Positions 28,760 to 37,681 of a stretch of 59,591 nucleotides of DNA are shown here, one piece after another (position 1 is the stretch's first letter; each line of letters begins with the position of its first letter). Under the pieces are notes generated by a model, which saw only the letters and a list, made by a program, of their open reading frames with translations, had not been told where the DNA came from and searched no databases. Location of the stretch: positions 1-59,591 of the forward strand of contig CANRNO010000005.1 of assembly GCA_947632065.1 (NCBI GenBank), written 5' to 3'. The stretch is from an uncultured Bacilli bacterium (GTDB lineage Bacteria; Bacillota_I; Bacilli_A; RF39; UBA660). Position numbers and translations under genes: made by a program.

Positions 28760-31273
28760 ATGATGGCAAAAAAGAAAACTGAAACAGAAAAAGTTATTGA
28801 AAAGATTTTCGATTATACACTTGAAGATATAATGGGTGAGAGATTTGGTAGTTATTCTAAATATATTATTCAAGATAGAGCTATACCGGATGCTAGAGAT
28901 GGATTAAAACCTGTTCAAAGAAGAATTTTATATTCAATGTATAAAGAGAAAAATACATATGATAGGGGATATAGAAAGAGTGCTAAAACTGTTGGAGATG
29001 TTATAGGTAATTATCATCCACATGGAGATACTTCTATATATGATGCGATGGTTAGAATGAGTCAGTCTTGGAAGACTAGACTTCCTTATATTGATATGCA
29101 TGGTAATAATGGATCAATAGATGGAGATAGTCCTGCTGCTTATCGTTATACTGAGGCTAGACTGTCTAAAATTTCTAATGAAATGCTTCGTGATATAGAT
29201 AAAAATACAGTTTTATTTGCACCCAACTTTGATGATACTACTAAAGAACCTACTGTACTTCCTGCTAGATTTCCAGCTCTTTTAGTATATGGAGCACAAG
29301 GAATTTCTGCTGGATATGCAACAAATATTCCTCCTCATAATTTAGCTGAGGTAATAGATGCTACAGTTCATAGAATTGATAATCCTAATTGTAGACTTGA
29401 GACTTTAATGGAATATGTAAAAGGACCTGATTTTCCAACTGGTGGTATTGTATGTGGAAGAGAAGGACTTAATGATGCATACAAGAGTGGAAGAGGTAGA
29501 GTTGTTATAAAAAGTAGATATGAGTTTAGTGGTAATCATATGATTATTACTGAAATTCCATATGAGGTTAATAAAGCTCTTTTAGTTAAGAAAATAGATG
29601 ATATACGTATTGATAAAAAAATAGATGGAATAGTAGAAGTTAGAGATGAATCTACTGATGATGTTAGAATTGTAATTGATTTAAAGAAAGATTGTAATAA
29701 AGAATTAATAGAGGCATACTTACTTAAGAATACTAATTTACAAATAAGTTATAACTTTAATGTTGTATCTATTGTTAATCGTCGTCCTAAACTTTTAGGA
29801 CTTAAAGAAGCCCTTGATGCTTTTATTGCACATCAAAAAATAGTTATTAGAAAAAGAACTGAATTTGATTTAAATCATGCTAAGGCAAGACTTCATATAG
29901 TAGAAGGTCTTATTAAATGTATTTCTATATTAGATGAGGTTATTAGAGTTATTAGAAAAAGTAAAAATAAAGGAGATGCTAAAGATAATTTAGTTAAAGA
30001 ATTTGCTTTTAGTGAAGAGCAAGCTGAGGCTATTGTTACTTTAAGACTTTATAGACTTACTAATACAGATGTTGTCTCTTTACAAGAAGAGATGGATATG
30101 TTAAAGAAGATTATTGATGGTCTTAGTAGAATATTAAATGATGAAGAAATACTTAAGAAAGTTATGAAAGATGAACTTCGTAAAGTAAAACATGAATATA
30201 AAACAGAGAGACTTACTGAGGTAAGAGATGAGATAGAAGATATTAAAATAGATAAGACTTCTATGATTAATGAAGAAGATGTTATAGTATCTATTACTAA
30301 AGATGGTTATATAAAAAGAAGTAGTCTTAGAAGTTATTCATCTACAACAGATGGAATGGATTTAAAAGAGGGAGATTATTTACTTGGTCTTGTTAAGATG
30401 AGTACTTTAAATACATTGTTACTATTTACTAATTTAGGTAATTATTTATTCTTACCTGTTCATACTATACCAGATATGAAATATAAAGATATGGGAAAAC
30501 ATGTTAGTAATGTTATACCTTTAAGTGAAGGAGAAGAGATTATTTCTAGTATTCCTGTATATGACTTTAATAGTGATGAGATGATAGTGTTAGTATCTAG
30601 TAAAGGTTTAGTTAAGAGAACTAAAGTAAAAGACTTTAATATTACAAGATATTCTCGTCCTACTTTATGTATGAAGATAGATACGTCAGATAAATTAGTT
30701 AATGCTTTTATAGATAATAAGCCAAATATTTTCTTAGCGACCGATTCAGGTTATGGACTTGCCTTTAAAACAGAAGATATTCCTGTTGTTGGTGTTAAGG
30801 CAAAAGGTGTTAAAGGTATTAAGTTAAAAGATGATTTAGTTGTATCTGCTAATAATTTCTCTTATGAAGAAGATGAGTTCTTAACTGTTATAACAGATAG
30901 AGGTACTGGTAAGAGAATTAGACTTAATGAGTTTGATCTTTCATCAAGAGCACGTAGAGGACTTTTAATAATTCGTGAAGTTAAGACTAATCCATATAAA
31001 GTATTAAAGACATTTATTACTGATAGTCGTAATCATATAATTTTAAAAAATGATTCTTTAGAAGAAATTAAAATAACTGCTCTTACAATACTTGATCGTT
31101 ATTCTACTGGTAAAGAAATATCTAAGAATAATTTAGATGATGCTTGTGTTGTTGTATCTTTAGAAGAAGAGAGAGTACCAGTAAAAAAAGAAGATACAGT
31201 AGTAAAGAAGAAGACTATAGATTTAAATGAAATAGATGATAAATTAATGACAATTGATGATTTCCTAAATTAA
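28760..31273 (+). CDS. parC: Type IIA topoisomerase subunit A, assigned as topoisomerase IV ParC
   Basis: DGLKPVQRRILY, YHPHGD, active-site AAYRYTEARL. I see no QRRGGKG-type GyrA box in the C-terminal domain. Confidence 0.8.
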   Translation: MMAKKKTETEKVIEKIFDYTLEDIMGERFGSYSKYIIQDRAIPDARDGLKPVQRRILYSMYKEKNTYDRGYRKSAKTVGDVIGNYHPHGDTSIYDAMVRMSQSWKTRLPYIDMHGNNGSIDGDSPAAYRYTEARLSKISNEMLRDIDKNTVLFAPNFDDTTKEPTVLPARFPALLVYGAQGISAGYATNIPPHNLAEVIDATVHRIDNPNCRLETLMEYVKGPDFPTGGIVCGREGLNDAYKSGRGRVVIKSRYEFSGNHMIITEIPYEVNKALLVKKIDDIRIDKKIDGIVEVRDESTDDVRIVIDLKKDCNKELIEAYLLKNTNLQISYNFNVVSIVNRRPKLLGLKEALDAFIAHQKIVIRKRTEFDLNHAKARLHIVEGLIKCISILDEVIRVIRKSKNKGDAKDNLVKEFAFSEEQAEAIVTLRLYRLTNTDVVSLQEEMDMLKKIIDGLSRILNDEEILKKVMKDELRKVKHEYKTERLTEVRDEIEDIKIDKTSMINEEDVIVSITKDGYIKRSSLRSYSSTTDGMDLKEGDYLLGLVKMSTLNTLLLFTNLGNYLFLPVHTIPDMKYKDMGKHVSNVIPLSEGEEIISSIPVYDFNSDEMIVLVSSKGLVKRTKVKDFNITRYSRPTLCMKIDTSDKLVNAFIDNKPNIFLATDSGYGLAFKTEDIPVVGVKAKGVKGIKLKDDLVVSANNFSYEEDEFLTVITDRGTGKRIRLNEFDLSSRARRGLLIIREVKTNPYKVLKTFITDSRNHIILKNDSLEEIKITALTILDRYSTGKEISKNNLDDACVVVSLEEERVPVKKEDTVVKKKTIDLNEIDDKLMTIDDFLN

Positions 31274-31288
31274 TTAGGTATAAAAGTT

Positions 31289-31328
31289 TCCTTTTCTCAT
31301 ATTATGAAATAGAAAAGGAGATTTTTTT
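31289..31328 (+). terminator. Terminator-like hairpin after parC whose 3' arm contains the RBS of the next gene
   Basis: TCCTTTTCT (31289-31297) pairs with AGAAAAGGA (31311-31319), followed by T7. AAAGGAG (31314-31320) is the spoVID-like RBS. Confidence 0.55.
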
Positions 31329-32039
31329 ATGAAGAAAATTATATCTATTGATAGAGATATATCTTTTAAAACTATGATTAAAGAGATTACTAGTATTTGT
31401 CTTGATCATACTTTAAAATTTGTCTCAAATAGTAGTGTAGAAGGAGATTTAATTGTTAGTGGTACTTATAAGATGACTGAGGCTAGTAGATTAGAAGAAG
31501 ATTTTGAATATAAGATCCCTGTTTCTATTTCTACTACTTTGAATTTTGTTTTAGATACTGCAGAAGTTGAGATAGATGATTTTTCTTATGAAGTTGTAGA
31601 TGATGATACTCTTAGTGTAAAAATTGATATTTTACTTGAAGGAGTAGAAGAGGTTATAATAGAAAAAGAAGAGGTTCGTGAATGTGATGGAGAAGAAGAA
31701 AAAGAGGTAGAAATTCCTTTGAAAGAAGTAGATGATGAGACTGTTTTAGTTAATAATGATATAGAAGTAGTCGAAGATAAAAAAGTAGAAGTAGAAGAAG
31801 TTGAAGAAAAAGACAATGACAAAGATAAAGATAATAAAACTATTAATTCTCTTTTTATGAGTCTTACTGAAGAAGATGAGACATTCTCTACTTATCTTGT
31901 ATATATTATGAGAAAAAATGATTCTATTGAAAAAGTATTAGATATGTATGGTATAACACGTGAAGAACTTTCTAATTATAATGATTTAGATTCTGTTGAG
32001 GTAGGAAGTAAATTAATTATTCCTTGTAGTAATGAGTAA
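31329..32039 (+). CDS. spoVID: SpoVID-like sporulation protein (N-domain, acidic E/D/V-rich linker, C-terminal LysM)
   Basis: Architecture plus a C-terminal LysM (YIMRKNDSIEKVLDMYGITREELSNYNDL..VGSKLIIP). Followed by a CotS/YsxE-like gene, as in the B. subtilis spoVID-ysxE operon. Confidence 0.55.
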   Translation: MKKIISIDRDISFKTMIKEITSICLDHTLKFVSNSSVEGDLIVSGTYKMTEASRLEEDFEYKIPVSISTTLNFVLDTAEVEIDDFSYEVVDDDTLSVKIDILLEGVEEVIIEKEEVRECDGEEEKEVEIPLKEVDDETVLVNNDIEVVEDKKVEVEEVEEKDNDKDKDNKTINSLFMSLTEEDETFSTYLVYIMRKNDSIEKVLDMYGITREELSNYNDLDSVEVGSKLIIPCSNE

Positions 32040-32937
32040 TATAAAAGATATAATAGATAAATATAATTTATATTCTGATGTTTATACATATAAAAATAAT
32101 ACTAGAATATTAGATACTAAAGAGGGTAAAGTGGTGATTAAAGAAAAAAAGAAAGATAAAAATAAAATATATAATTATCTTCTTTCTCGTAAATTTAATC
32201 ACTTTTTACTTTGTGAAAAAGAATATAGAGATTTTGAAGTTTATCCTTATGTAGAAGAAGTTTCTGTTATGGAAGATGCTAAAGCAATGGATTTAATTAT
32301 AACACTTTCTTTTTTACATATTAAGACTACTTTTTATAAAGAGAATAACTTAGATGATATTAAGAAAATATATGAGGATACTTTAAATAATATTGATTAT
32401 TTATATAAATATTTTTTAGATTTACAAGATGTTATAGAAAAACGTGAGTATATGTCTCCTGTTGAGTATTTACTTATTAGAAATATTACTAAAGTATATA
32501 AGTCTCTTGAGTTTTCTCGTAATAATATAACTCTTTGGTATGAAGAAGTTACAAAACAAAAAAGTTCTCGTTATGTGTTACTTCATGGTAGTGTATGTTT
32601 AGATCACTTTTTAGTTGGGCGTGATAGTCTAAGTTTTATTAGTTGGGATAAAGCTAGATTCGGTATGGTTATATATGACTTTTTAGATTTTTTTAGAAAT
32701 GAGTATTTAAATGTAGATACTTCTAGACTTTATGATGTATATCAAAGTAGATATAAATTTACAAGAGAAGAAGAACTTTTGTTTTTCGCAAGTGTTTCTA
32801 TACCTTGGAAGATTGATATAGATAATAGTTTAGATGGTTGTATTAAAGTTTATGAGTGGGTTGAATATTTAGAAAAGTGTAATGAACTTATTTCAAAACA
32901 AAACCAGAAATATGAAAAAGTAACACAAACAGAATAA
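32032..32937 (+). CDS. CotS/YsxE-like spore coat kinase-fold protein
   Basis: LLHGSVCLDHFLV ... FISWDKARFGMVIYDFLDFF (kinase-like HGD/N ... D pattern). ATGA-type overlap with the upstream gene. Confidence 0.55.
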   Translation: MSNIKDIIDKYNLYSDVYTYKNNTRILDTKEGKVVIKEKKKDKNKIYNYLLSRKFNHFLLCEKEYRDFEVYPYVEEVSVMEDAKAMDLIITLSFLHIKTTFYKENNLDDIKKIYEDTLNNIDYLYKYFLDLQDVIEKREYMSPVEYLLIRNITKVYKSLEFSRNNITLWYEEVTKQKSSRYVLLHGSVCLDHFLVGRDSLSFISWDKARFGMVIYDFLDFFRNEYLNVDTSRLYDVYQSRYKFTREEELLFFASVSIPWKIDIDNSLDGCIKVYEWVEYLEKCNELISKQNQKYEKVTQTE

Positions 32938-33120
32938 GAATAACAATATAATAGCGTTTATTCTAGTAGTTATAAAAATTATTAAAATCATTTGATATAA
33001 AGATACTACGAAAGTTATACCTATAAGTGCTAAATAGAAGACGGAACTTCTTCTTTTTTGTTTACAAGATGGGCATCTACAAAAAAATGAGTGTTTAGAT
33101 CCTTTAAACATTATATTCAC
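32893..33120 (-). CDS. Possible small membrane protein (75 aa; CxCPxC then 2 TM)
   Basis: AGGTGA RBS 5 nt before the ATG. The 3' end overlaps the convergent ysxE-like gene by 45 nt. No homology assignable. Confidence 0.3.
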   Translation of the reverse strand: MNIMFKGSKHSFFCRCPSCKQKRRSSVFYLALIGITFVVSLYQMILIIFITTRINAIILLFLFCLCYFFIFLVLF

Positions 33121-33219
33121 CTATAATATTTTATGTTAAATGTTGTCTTTTGTTATAAAAATATAGAAAAATATATTAAAAGTATTGTATAATAAATATA
33201 AGATTATGGGAGTGGTTAT

Positions 33220-33645
33220 ATGAATAATAAAGGATTTACGTTAATTGAACTTTTAGTTGCTTTAGCTATATCAGCTTTAATTTTAATAATGGCAATACCA
33301 TCTATTAATAATATGAGTAGTGATACTCAAGATAGAGAATATCAAGAATATAAGGAATCTATTGTGTATGGTGCTAAACTTTATTATAGACAAAAGTATG
33401 ATGATATAAGTGGATGGGTTACAAAGGGTAATGTTAGTACTGTTGATATATATTATTCTGATTTAGTTGGAGCAAATTATGTTAAAGACTTTTCACCAAC
33501 TGAAAGAGGAAGTAAGAAAAAATGTGATGCTAGTGAAGTTACTGTTACAATCACGGTTACAACAAATACTAAGGGAAGTAAAAAGGTAGAATATAAAGTT
33601 AATGGTTTAGAGTGTGGAGTTAATAAATTAGAACCTGTTGAATAA
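33220..33645 (+). CDS. Type IV pilin / competence pseudopilin-like protein with a prepilin N-methylation signal
   Basis: MNNKG|FTLIELLVALAISALILIM is the canonical class III signal (G-F, E5). Confidence 0.85.
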   Translation: MNNKGFTLIELLVALAISALILIMAIPSINNMSSDTQDREYQEYKESIVYGAKLYYRQKYDDISGWVTKGNVSTVDIYYSDLVGANYVKDFSPTERGSKKKCDASEVTVTITVTTNTKGSKKVEYKVNGLECGVNKLEPVE

Positions 33646-33671
33646 AGAAATTTATTTTCTTTTTTTCTTTC

Positions 33672-33714
33672 TTGAAGAATTATTATAATTTATGTTATAA
33701 TGATAATAGTTATC
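33672..33714 (+). promoter_or_regulatory. Promoter with an overlapping Fur-family box
   Basis: TTGAAG (33672-33677), 18-nt spacer, TATAAT (33696-33701). TATAATGATAATAGTTATC (33696-33714) matches the classical Fur box GATAATGATAATCATTATC at 16 of 19 positions. Confidence 0.55.
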
Positions 33715-33734
33715 AATAAGAATTGAGGTGATTT

Positions 33735-34124
33735 ATGGAACTAGGTCGTAATACTAAACAAAAACAACTTATTTTAGAAGTTATAAAAAAAGAAAAGAAT
33801 CATCCTACTATTTCAGATTTATATGAGGAAGTTTTAAAGATTGATCCTAGTATTGGACAAGCTACTGTATATAGAAATGTTAATAAATTGTTGGATGAAG
33901 GTAAAATAAAAAGGATAATTACTGATAGTGGTATTAGGTATGATTGTGATTGTAATAACCATTATCATTTAGAGTGTAGTAAATGTGGTAGAATTATGGA
34001 CATTTACGATGATAAATATATGAAGTTGACTAGAAGAATGGAGGAGGAATACTCTGTTAAAATAGATGATTGTACTGTTTTATTTAAGGGTATTTGTGAT
34101 AAGTGTTTGAAATATGAAAAGTAA
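33735..34124 (+). CDS. Fur family transcriptional regulator (PerR-like by context)
   Basis: wHTH (ATVYRNVNKL), HYHLEC metal site, and two CxxC pairs (CSKCG, CDKC). Confidence 0.85.
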   Translation: MELGRNTKQKQLILEVIKKEKNHPTISDLYEEVLKIDPSIGQATVYRNVNKLLDEGKIKRIITDSGIRYDCDCNNHYHLECSKCGRIMDIYDDKYMKLTRRMEEEYSVKIDDCTVLFKGICDKCLKYEK

Positions 34125-35472
34125 TAAAAAGCCGGTTGTTATTAAAAGTGATAATCCATCAATTGCAAGAGTAGAATCTAGATGTATTAAATGTGGTAGA
34201 TGTAGTTATATTTGTAGTGAAGTTGTTGGAGTACCAAAAGATAAGCATGTATGTCTTAATTGTGGACAGTGTATTATTAATTGTCCAACGGGTGCTTTAG
34301 TTACAAAATATAATTATAAGAAGGTACTTGATTATATAAATGATACAGAAAAGTGTGTTGTATGTCATATCGCACCTTCTGTTAGAGTATCTTTAGGAGA
34401 AGCATTTGGTATGGACTTTGGTGAGAATGTAGAAGGTAAGATAGTTACAGCATTAAAAAAAGTAGGTTTTGATTATGTGTTTGATACTACTTTTGGAGCT
34501 GATCTTACAGTTGTAGAAGAAGCAAGTGAATTTGTTCTTCGATATAAAAATAAAAAAAGACTTCCACAGTTTACTAGTTGTTGTCCAGCTTGGGTTAAAT
34601 ATATAGAGACATTTCATCCCTCATTAATTGATAACTTATCAACTTGTAAGAGCCCAATTGGTATGCAAAACTCATGTATAAAAACTTATTTTAGTGAGAT
34701 GGAAGAGATAGATCCAGAAAATATAATAACAGTATCTATCGCACCTTGTACTGCTAAAAAAGCAGAGTGTATGCAAAAGGATTTTAAAGATGGAGATTTT
34801 TCTCTTACAACAGTAGAGGCTGCTTTAATGATTAAAGAGTGTGGTATTGATTTTGAAAACTTAAAAGATAGTGAGGCTGACTCTTTAATGGGAAGAGGAA
34901 GCAGTGGTGGAGTTATATTTGGTACTAGTGGAGGTGTTTGTGAATCTGTTTTTCGTAATTGTTATTATGTATTGACAGGAAGAAGACCTACAAAACAATT
35001 TTTAGACTTTAAAAAAGTTAGAGGTTATGATAATCTAAAAGAAGCCACTGTTAAAATTAAAGATGATGAATTTAGAATTTTAGTTTGTCATGGACTTAAA
35101 CATATAGAAGATATTTTACAAGATATTGAGAATGGTAGGATTAATTATGACTTTATAGAAGTTATGAATTGTCCTGGTGGCTGTATTGGTGGTGGAGGAC
35201 AACCTTTAGGAGTGATTGCTAAGGTTGATGATATTAATAAAAGACGTAGTGATGCTTTATATAAAGAAAATGATGAGGTTGATGTTAAGTTCTCTTATGC
35301 CAATAAAAATATTAGTGAATTATATAGAAGCTATATGGGAGATGTTCTGGGAGAAAAAGCAGAAAAAATTCTTCATAGAAGCTTCAAGAAAAAGAGGGTA
35401 TTAAAAGAAGATAATTCTTTTGATATAGATAAAAATAAACGTAGTAGAAAGAAGGAGAAATTATGGAATTAA
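34114..35472 (+). CDS. hydA: [FeFe] hydrogenase with an N-terminal 2x[4Fe-4S] ferredoxin-like domain
   Basis: [11 protein letters not shown] and [12 protein letters not shown] clusters. H-cluster motifs [37 protein letters not shown]. Confidence 0.9.
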   Translation: MKSNKKPVVIKSDNPSIARVESRCIKCGRCSYICSEVVGVPKDKHVCLNCGQCIINCPTGALVTKYNYKKVLDYINDTEKCVVCHIAPSVRVSLGEAFGMDFGENVEGKIVTALKKVGFDYVFDTTFGADLTVVEEASEFVLRYKNKKRLPQFTSCCPAWVKYIETFHPSLIDNLSTCKSPIGMQNSCIKTYFSEMEEIDPENIITVSIAPCTAKKAECMQKDFKDGDFSLTTVEAALMIKECGIDFENLKDSEADSLMGRGSSGGVIFGTSGGVCESVFRNCYYVLTGRRPTKQFLDFKKVRGYDNLKEATVKIKDDEFRILVCHGLKHIEDILQDIENGRINYDFIEVMNCPGGCIGGGGQPLGVIAKVDDINKRRSDALYKENDEVDVKFSYANKNISELYRSYMGDVLGEKAEKILHRSFKKKRVLKEDNSFDIDKNKRSRKKEKLWN

Positions 35473-36005
35473 AAGGATCAAAAACTGAACAAAATTTAAT
35501 GACAGCATTTGCTGGAGAAAGTCAAGCAAGAAACAAATATACTTTTTATGCTAGTAAAGCTAAAAAAGATGGTTATGAACAAATTGCTGCAATCTTTGAA
35601 GAGACTGCAAACAATGAAAAGGAACATGCTAAACTTTGGTTTAAACAACTTCATGATGGAGGAATTCCTACAACAGAAGAAAACTTAAAAGATGCTGCTG
35701 GTGGTGAAAACTATGAGTGGACTGAAATGTATAAAGAGTTTGCTGAAGTTGCAAAAGAAGAAGGATTCGATCATATTGCTTACTTATTTGAAGAAGTAGG
35801 AAAGATTGAAAAAGAACATGAAGAAAGATATTTAACATTACTTAAAAATGTTGAAGATGATAGAGTATTCCATAAAGATGGAGATAAGATTTGGATTTGT
35901 CGTAACTGTGGACATGTTTATACAGGACGCGATGCTTTAGAAGTATGTCCAGTATGTGCACATAAACAAAGTTTTATGGAAGTTCGTAGTGAAAATTATA
36001 AGTAG
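35463..36005 (+). CDS. rbr: Rubrerythrin
   Basis: N-terminal diiron ferritin-like domain ([27 protein letters not shown]) and C-terminal rubredoxin CRNCGH...CPVCAH. Confidence 0.9.
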   Translation: MELKGSKTEQNLMTAFAGESQARNKYTFYASKAKKDGYEQIAAIFEETANNEKEHAKLWFKQLHDGGIPTTEENLKDAAGGENYEWTEMYKEFAEVAKEEGFDHIAYLFEEVGKIEKEHEERYLTLLKNVEDDRVFHKDGDKIWICRNCGHVYTGRDALEVCPVCAHKQSFMEVRSENYK

Positions 36006-36125
36006 TAAAGACAGACGTTTTTACTTCTTTTTTTGTGTTGTTTTTAGTAAACTGTTGATAAAAATATTGACATGGTATTAAGTATAATATATACTTGATA
36101 TATTATAGAAAGGAGAATTTTTAAA

Positions 36126-37361
36126 ATGAAAAAAATGATTTTTTTGGCGACTATGATAATTTCTGGGTTAATGTTTATGCCAAACGTGTATGCTGCAGGT
36201 AGTGAAAAGTCTGTAAGTAGTATTGATAGTTTACAAAGTACAATTGATACAGCAGAAGAGGGAGATATTGTTAAATTTACAATGGATAGTGGAGATCCTG
36301 TTACAGCAAACACTACTATTACTATTAATGGAAAGGATATTACATTAGATCTTGGTGGAAAAACTTTAACATCAAGTCAAAATATTACTTTAACAGTAAC
36401 AAATAGTACAGTAAATATTATAAATGGTACTATTGATAATACTAATGCAACAGGAATTGCTTTAAATATCAAAGAATCAACTGTTGAAGTTGGTACTAAT
36501 GCTAAAGTTAACGCTACATACACTGCTATTAATTTTCCAGAGGTTAATAGTGGAAAGAATAAGTCTAGTTTAACAATTGAAAGTGGAGCTGTTGTTTCAG
36601 CTACAAATAATGTTGGTTTGACTGTTAATGGTTTAATTAAAGATGCTGCTGAAATTCCTGAGATCAATATCAAAGATGGTGCTTTTGTAAAATGTGAAAA
36701 TGATTTTGCTATTTATCAAGCAGGAAACTCTAAAATTACAATTGGTAAAGCAACTATTGAGGGAGAATCTGGAATTGGTACTAAAGCAGGAAGTTTAGTA
36801 CTTAATGGTACAACTGTTAAAGCAACTGGTGCTATAGAAGAGGCATCACCAAGAAGTGGTGGTATGACGTCAACTGGTGCTACAATCCAAATGGAGACTA
36901 ATAATGCATATAATGGAAATATAGATATCGAAATTAATGGTGGTACTTATACAAGTAAATCAAATGTAGTATTTTTAGAATATCCAAAAGAGGGAGTAAG
37001 TGATGCTAGTGCAGTAAGTAGACTTCATATTACTGAAGGTACTTTCCAAGCTGCAGATGGGAAAGAAGTATTTGATGTTTCAGCTCCTTTTGAAAAAACA
37101 CTTACAAAAGAAAAAAGTATAGAAGGTGGTACTTTCCTAAGTGGAGATACTCCAGCAGATATTTCTTTATATATAAAAGAAGGATTACAACAAGATAAAA
37201 ATGGAAAAGTAATTAATCCAACATCTGCAGATATAGTAGATACACCAAAAGAAGATGCTAAAAACCCAGATACCGCAGATATTAATTTATTAATGTTAAT
37301 TAGTCTTATAACTTTAAGTGGATTAGGACTTGGTTATACTGTTAGAAAAAGATTTAATTAA
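36126..37361 (+). CDS. Secreted cell-surface protein, beta-helix-like repeats, C-terminal wall/membrane anchor
   Basis: Signal peptide ending VYA|AG. T/N/G/I-rich repeats. C-terminus NPDTAD + hydrophobic helix + RKRFN. Confidence 0.7.
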   Translation: MKKMIFLATMIISGLMFMPNVYAAGSEKSVSSIDSLQSTIDTAEEGDIVKFTMDSGDPVTANTTITINGKDITLDLGGKTLTSSQNITLTVTNSTVNIINGTIDNTNATGIALNIKESTVEVGTNAKVNATYTAINFPEVNSGKNKSSLTIESGAVVSATNNVGLTVNGLIKDAAEIPEINIKDGAFVKCENDFAIYQAGNSKITIGKATIEGESGIGTKAGSLVLNGTTVKATGAIEEASPRSGGMTSTGATIQMETNNAYNGNIDIEINGGTYTSKSNVVFLEYPKEGVSDASAVSRLHITEGTFQAADGKEVFDVSAPFEKTLTKEKSIEGGTFLSGDTPADISLYIKEGLQQDKNGKVINPTSADIVDTPKEDAKNPDTADINLLMLISLITLSGLGLGYTVRKRFN

Positions 37362-37401
37362 TAGTTGATTTTTTGTAAATGATATAATATATTATCTATT
37401 G

Positions 37402-37463
37402 AAAGACATCTTGACTAATTGACGGTAGATTTATCTACTTTGCCAATTTCAGATGTCTTTTTA
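37402..37463 (+). terminator. Long-hairpin terminator after surface protein gene
   Basis: AAAGACATCT (37402-37411) pairs with AGATGTCTTT (37451-37460), followed by a T-run. Inner GTAGAT/ATCTAC stem. Confidence 0.6.
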
Positions 37464-37507
37464 TAATGTTTGACTTTTTATAAGTTCTATAATATATTAT
37501 TAGTTGT

Positions 37508-37573
37508 AAAGAAGTACCTAGTGATTCAGTCGCAGTATTTACTGGTGAACTGATATGGGTACTTCTTTTTTTA
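37508..37573 (+). terminator. Second long hairpin with T-run (terminator or short sRNA)
   Basis: AAAGAAGTACC / GGTACTTCTTT 11-bp stem, 39-nt structured loop, T-run. TTGACT (37470-37475), 17-nt spacer, TATATT (37493-37498) lies just upstream. Confidence 0.45.
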
Positions 37574-37590
37574 CATTTTTTAAATATTTT

Positions 37591-37663
37591 TTAGCAATTA
37601 TCCTTGACAAGTGCTAAAAGTAGTCATATAATATACTCAGCACTCATAAATTAGTAGTGCTAA
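37591..37663 (+). promoter_or_regulatory. hrcA operon promoter flanked by two CIRCE operators
   Basis: CIRCE-1 TTAGCAATT-N9-AAGTGCTAA (37591-37617) overlaps the -35 TTGACA (37604-37609). -10 TATAAT is at 37627-37632. CIRCE-2 TCAGCACTC-N9-TAGTGCTAA is at 37637-37663. Consensus is TTAGCACTC-N9-GAGTGCTAA. Confidence 0.85.
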
Positions 37664-37681
37664 GAAAGTGAGGTTGTAGTA

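Noticed and set aside
26835-31273. Considered calling the type IIA topoisomerase pair gyrB/gyrA.
   Set aside because: The A subunit has no GyrA-box (QRRGGKG-like) in its C-terminal domain. The pair is not in a dnaA-dnaN-recF-gyrB context. ParE/ParC is more likely, though only a phylogeny would settle it.
36067-36088. TTGACA and TATAAT hexamers upstream of the surface protein gene.
   Set aside because: They are only 10 nt apart, so they cannot be a functional -35/-10 pair as spaced.
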